The notes under the pieces are model-generated. The model was not told where the DNA came from. It did not search any database and saw nothing but the letters and a program-made list of their open reading frames with translations. 9,327 nucleotides of DNA. Source: a virus (lineage: Duplodnaviria > Heunggongvirae > Uroviricota > Caudoviricetes). Location: the IMG/VR virus record IMGVR_UViG_2554235297_000005, one strand, 5' to 3'. This document shows positions 7,969-9,327 of the stretch, piece after piece (the first letter of the stretch is position 1; the number at the start of each line of letters is the position of its first letter). The translations under genes were made by a program, and so were the position numbers.

Positions 7969-8026
7969 CTTGTGTTGGTCGCCAGAAAATGAAATTAGGC
8001 AGCAAACCACTTATTTGAGGTGAGAT

Positions 8027-8497
8027 ATGACAAAATCATGGAGCGTACCTTTTCCTGAATCAGAAACTGAACATGAGGGAATGCCTGTTTTCTGGAGATT
8101 CCAGGCGACAGTTGAAGAAGATGGAATCAAAATATTCGCACTTCAATATATAGCTTTTCATCAGACAGAGCATTATGCATGGTTGGTTCCTGCGCATTGG
8201 ATTGTTAATTTTAAACCAGCACCAAATCAGTGGTTACAGGAATGGAAACAAAGGAGAAATAGATATGCAATTAAGAAAGTAGCAAAAAATGCAGAAAGAT
8301 CTTTTGCATTCCCGACGAAGAAACTTGCCATTGAAAGTTTATTGCGCCGAAAGAAATACCATTTGATGAGAATCAAACAAGATTTGGCTGTTGTATCAAC
8401 TCTTGTTGATGGGATGAAGAATATTGATACATCAACACCAGATATTGAATATAACTTTGGACACAACCAAGAAACAGAAAATTGGGTGTTTTATTAG
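8027..8497 (+). CDS. Hypothetical protein (156 aa), AT-rich cargo gene downstream of N
   Basis: ORF with GAGGTGA upstream of the ATG. AT-rich with a basic central region (RRKKYHLMRIKQ). No recognised family. Confidence 0.6.
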   Translation: MTKSWSVPFPESETEHEGMPVFWRFQATVEEDGIKIFALQYIAFHQTEHYAWLVPAHWIVNFKPAPNQWLQEWKQRRNRYAIKKVAKNAERSFAFPTKKLAIESLLRRKKYHLMRIKQDLAVVSTLVDGMKNIDTSTPDIEYNFGHNQETENWVFY

Positions 8498-8601
8498 TAC
8501 GAATAAGCACTGTGTATTCATTCCAACGAGTGAATACACGGAGCAATGTCGCTCGTAACTAAACAGGAGCCGACTTGTTCTGATTATTGGAAATCTTCTT
8601 T

Positions 8602-8629
8602 GCCCTCTAATGTGAGGGCGATTTTTTTC
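8602..8629 (+). terminator. Intrinsic terminator-like hairpin inside the PL operon
   Basis: GCCCTC-TAATGT-GAGGGC hairpin followed by GATTTTTTT, lying between the two AT-rich ORFs. Confidence 0.55.
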
Positions 8630-8646
8630 TGTGAGGATATGAACAG

Positions 8647-9015
8647 ATGTCAAACATCAAAAAATACATCATTGATTACGACTGGAAAGCATCAATAGAA
8701 ATTGAAATCGACCATGACTTAATGACAGAGGAAAAACTTCACCAGATTAATAATTTCTGGTCAGACTCTGAATACCGACTCAATAAACACGGCTCTGTAT
8801 TAAATGCTGTATTAATCATGCTGGCGCAACATGCTCTGCTTATAGCAATTTCAAGCGACTTAAATGCATATGGTGTTGTGTGTGAGTTCGACTGGAATGA
8901 TGGAAATGGTCAGGAAGGATGGCCTCCAATGGATGGTAGCGAAGGAATAAGAATTACCGATATCGATACATCAGGAATATTTGATTCAGATGATATGACT
9001 ATCAAGGCCGCCTGA
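8647..9015 (+). CDS. Hypothetical acidic protein (122 aa)
   Basis: ORF with GAGGA about 9 nt upstream. Strongly acidic, especially the C-terminal third (DWNDGNGQEGWPPMDGSEGIRITDIDTSGIFDSDDMT). AT-rich. Confidence 0.6.
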   Translation: MSNIKKYIIDYDWKASIEIEIDHDLMTEEKLHQINNFWSDSEYRLNKHGSVLNAVLIMLAQHALLIAISSDLNAYGVVCEFDWNDGNGQEGWPPMDGSEGIRITDIDTSGIFDSDDMTIKAA

Positions 9016-9090
9016 GTGCGGCTTTACCGCATACCAATAACGCTTCACTCGAGGCGTTTTCGTTATGCAATCAAACAGAAGGAGCATCCT

Positions 9091-9261
9091 ATGCAACAGT
9101 TCGCTATTGCAGGGGCGGCATCGGTTCGCCCTTTCAACCCGATTTTATCGGTACAGCATTCACGAAAAAATATTTTAACCGGAGCAGACTTTAAACAACC
9201 AAGAATGAAAAGCTTGCTCGAAAAGCTTTGGGATATTTTGAAACAACAAGGCCGTCCATGA
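9091..9261 (+). CDS. cIII: cIII-like small regulator (56 aa)
   Basis: Internal Met of ORF 9016..9261 with AGGAG 7 nt upstream. MQQFAIAG...SLLEKLWDILKQQGRP resembles lambda CIII (MQYAIAG...LIDILNQPG) from memory, and the position in the PL operon fits. Similarity is partial. Confidence 0.45.
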   Translation: MQQFAIAGAASVRPFNPILSVQHSRKNILTGADFKQPRMKSLLEKLWDILKQQGRP

Positions 9262-9327
9262 GTTTTACAGATAACTGGTCAGACGAAGAATTCATTCGTC
9301 AGATGAAAGAATTAATCGGTAACGAAG
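9258..9327 (+). CDS. Hypothetical protein, N-terminal 23 codons only (runs off the right edge of the window)
   Basis: ATG at 9258 overlaps the cIII-like stop (ATGA). Translation MSFTDNWSDEEFIRQMKELIGNE continues open to the window end. Confidence 0.4.
   Translation, partial: MSFTDNWSDEEFIRQMKELIGNE

Noticed and set aside
8546-8695. 49-codon ORF (MSLVTKQEPTCSDYW...) spanning the terminator-like hairpin before the acidic-protein gene
   Set aside because: No RBS, it runs through the hairpin and T-tract, and it overlaps the better-supported start at 8647 out of frame.

Overview
The whole window is the early-regulatory core of a mosaic lambdoid (pro)phage, in the reverse of the usual lambda map orientation. 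The centre is a lambda-type immunity region: cro (minus strand), OR1-3 with PR/PRM, cI (plus strand), then OL1-3/PL driving an N-family antiterminator on the plus strand. The PR operon runs leftward on the minus strand: cro, nutR boxB, a cII variant, the oop/t0 antisense element, a small ORF, an O-like initiator with internal ori iterons, a DnaB-like helicase replacing lambda P, a tR2-like terminator, then a nin block (NinB, phage Dam methyltransferase, NinE, unknown, NinF, unknown, partial YbcO-like) linked by overlapping stop/start codons. The most interesting locus is the slot directly after cI, where lambda carries rexA-rexB: here it holds a different AT-rich two-gene cassette (145 aa protein plus a coiled-coil protein with a C-terminal membrane anchor) followed by a terminator just before OL/PL. 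This is a candidate lysogen-expressed exclusion or abortive-infection module. A second AT-rich cargo block of two unknown genes lies between N and a cIII-like gene. All identifications rest on reading the sequence and ORF translations against remembered lambda/P22 sequences; no database search was run.
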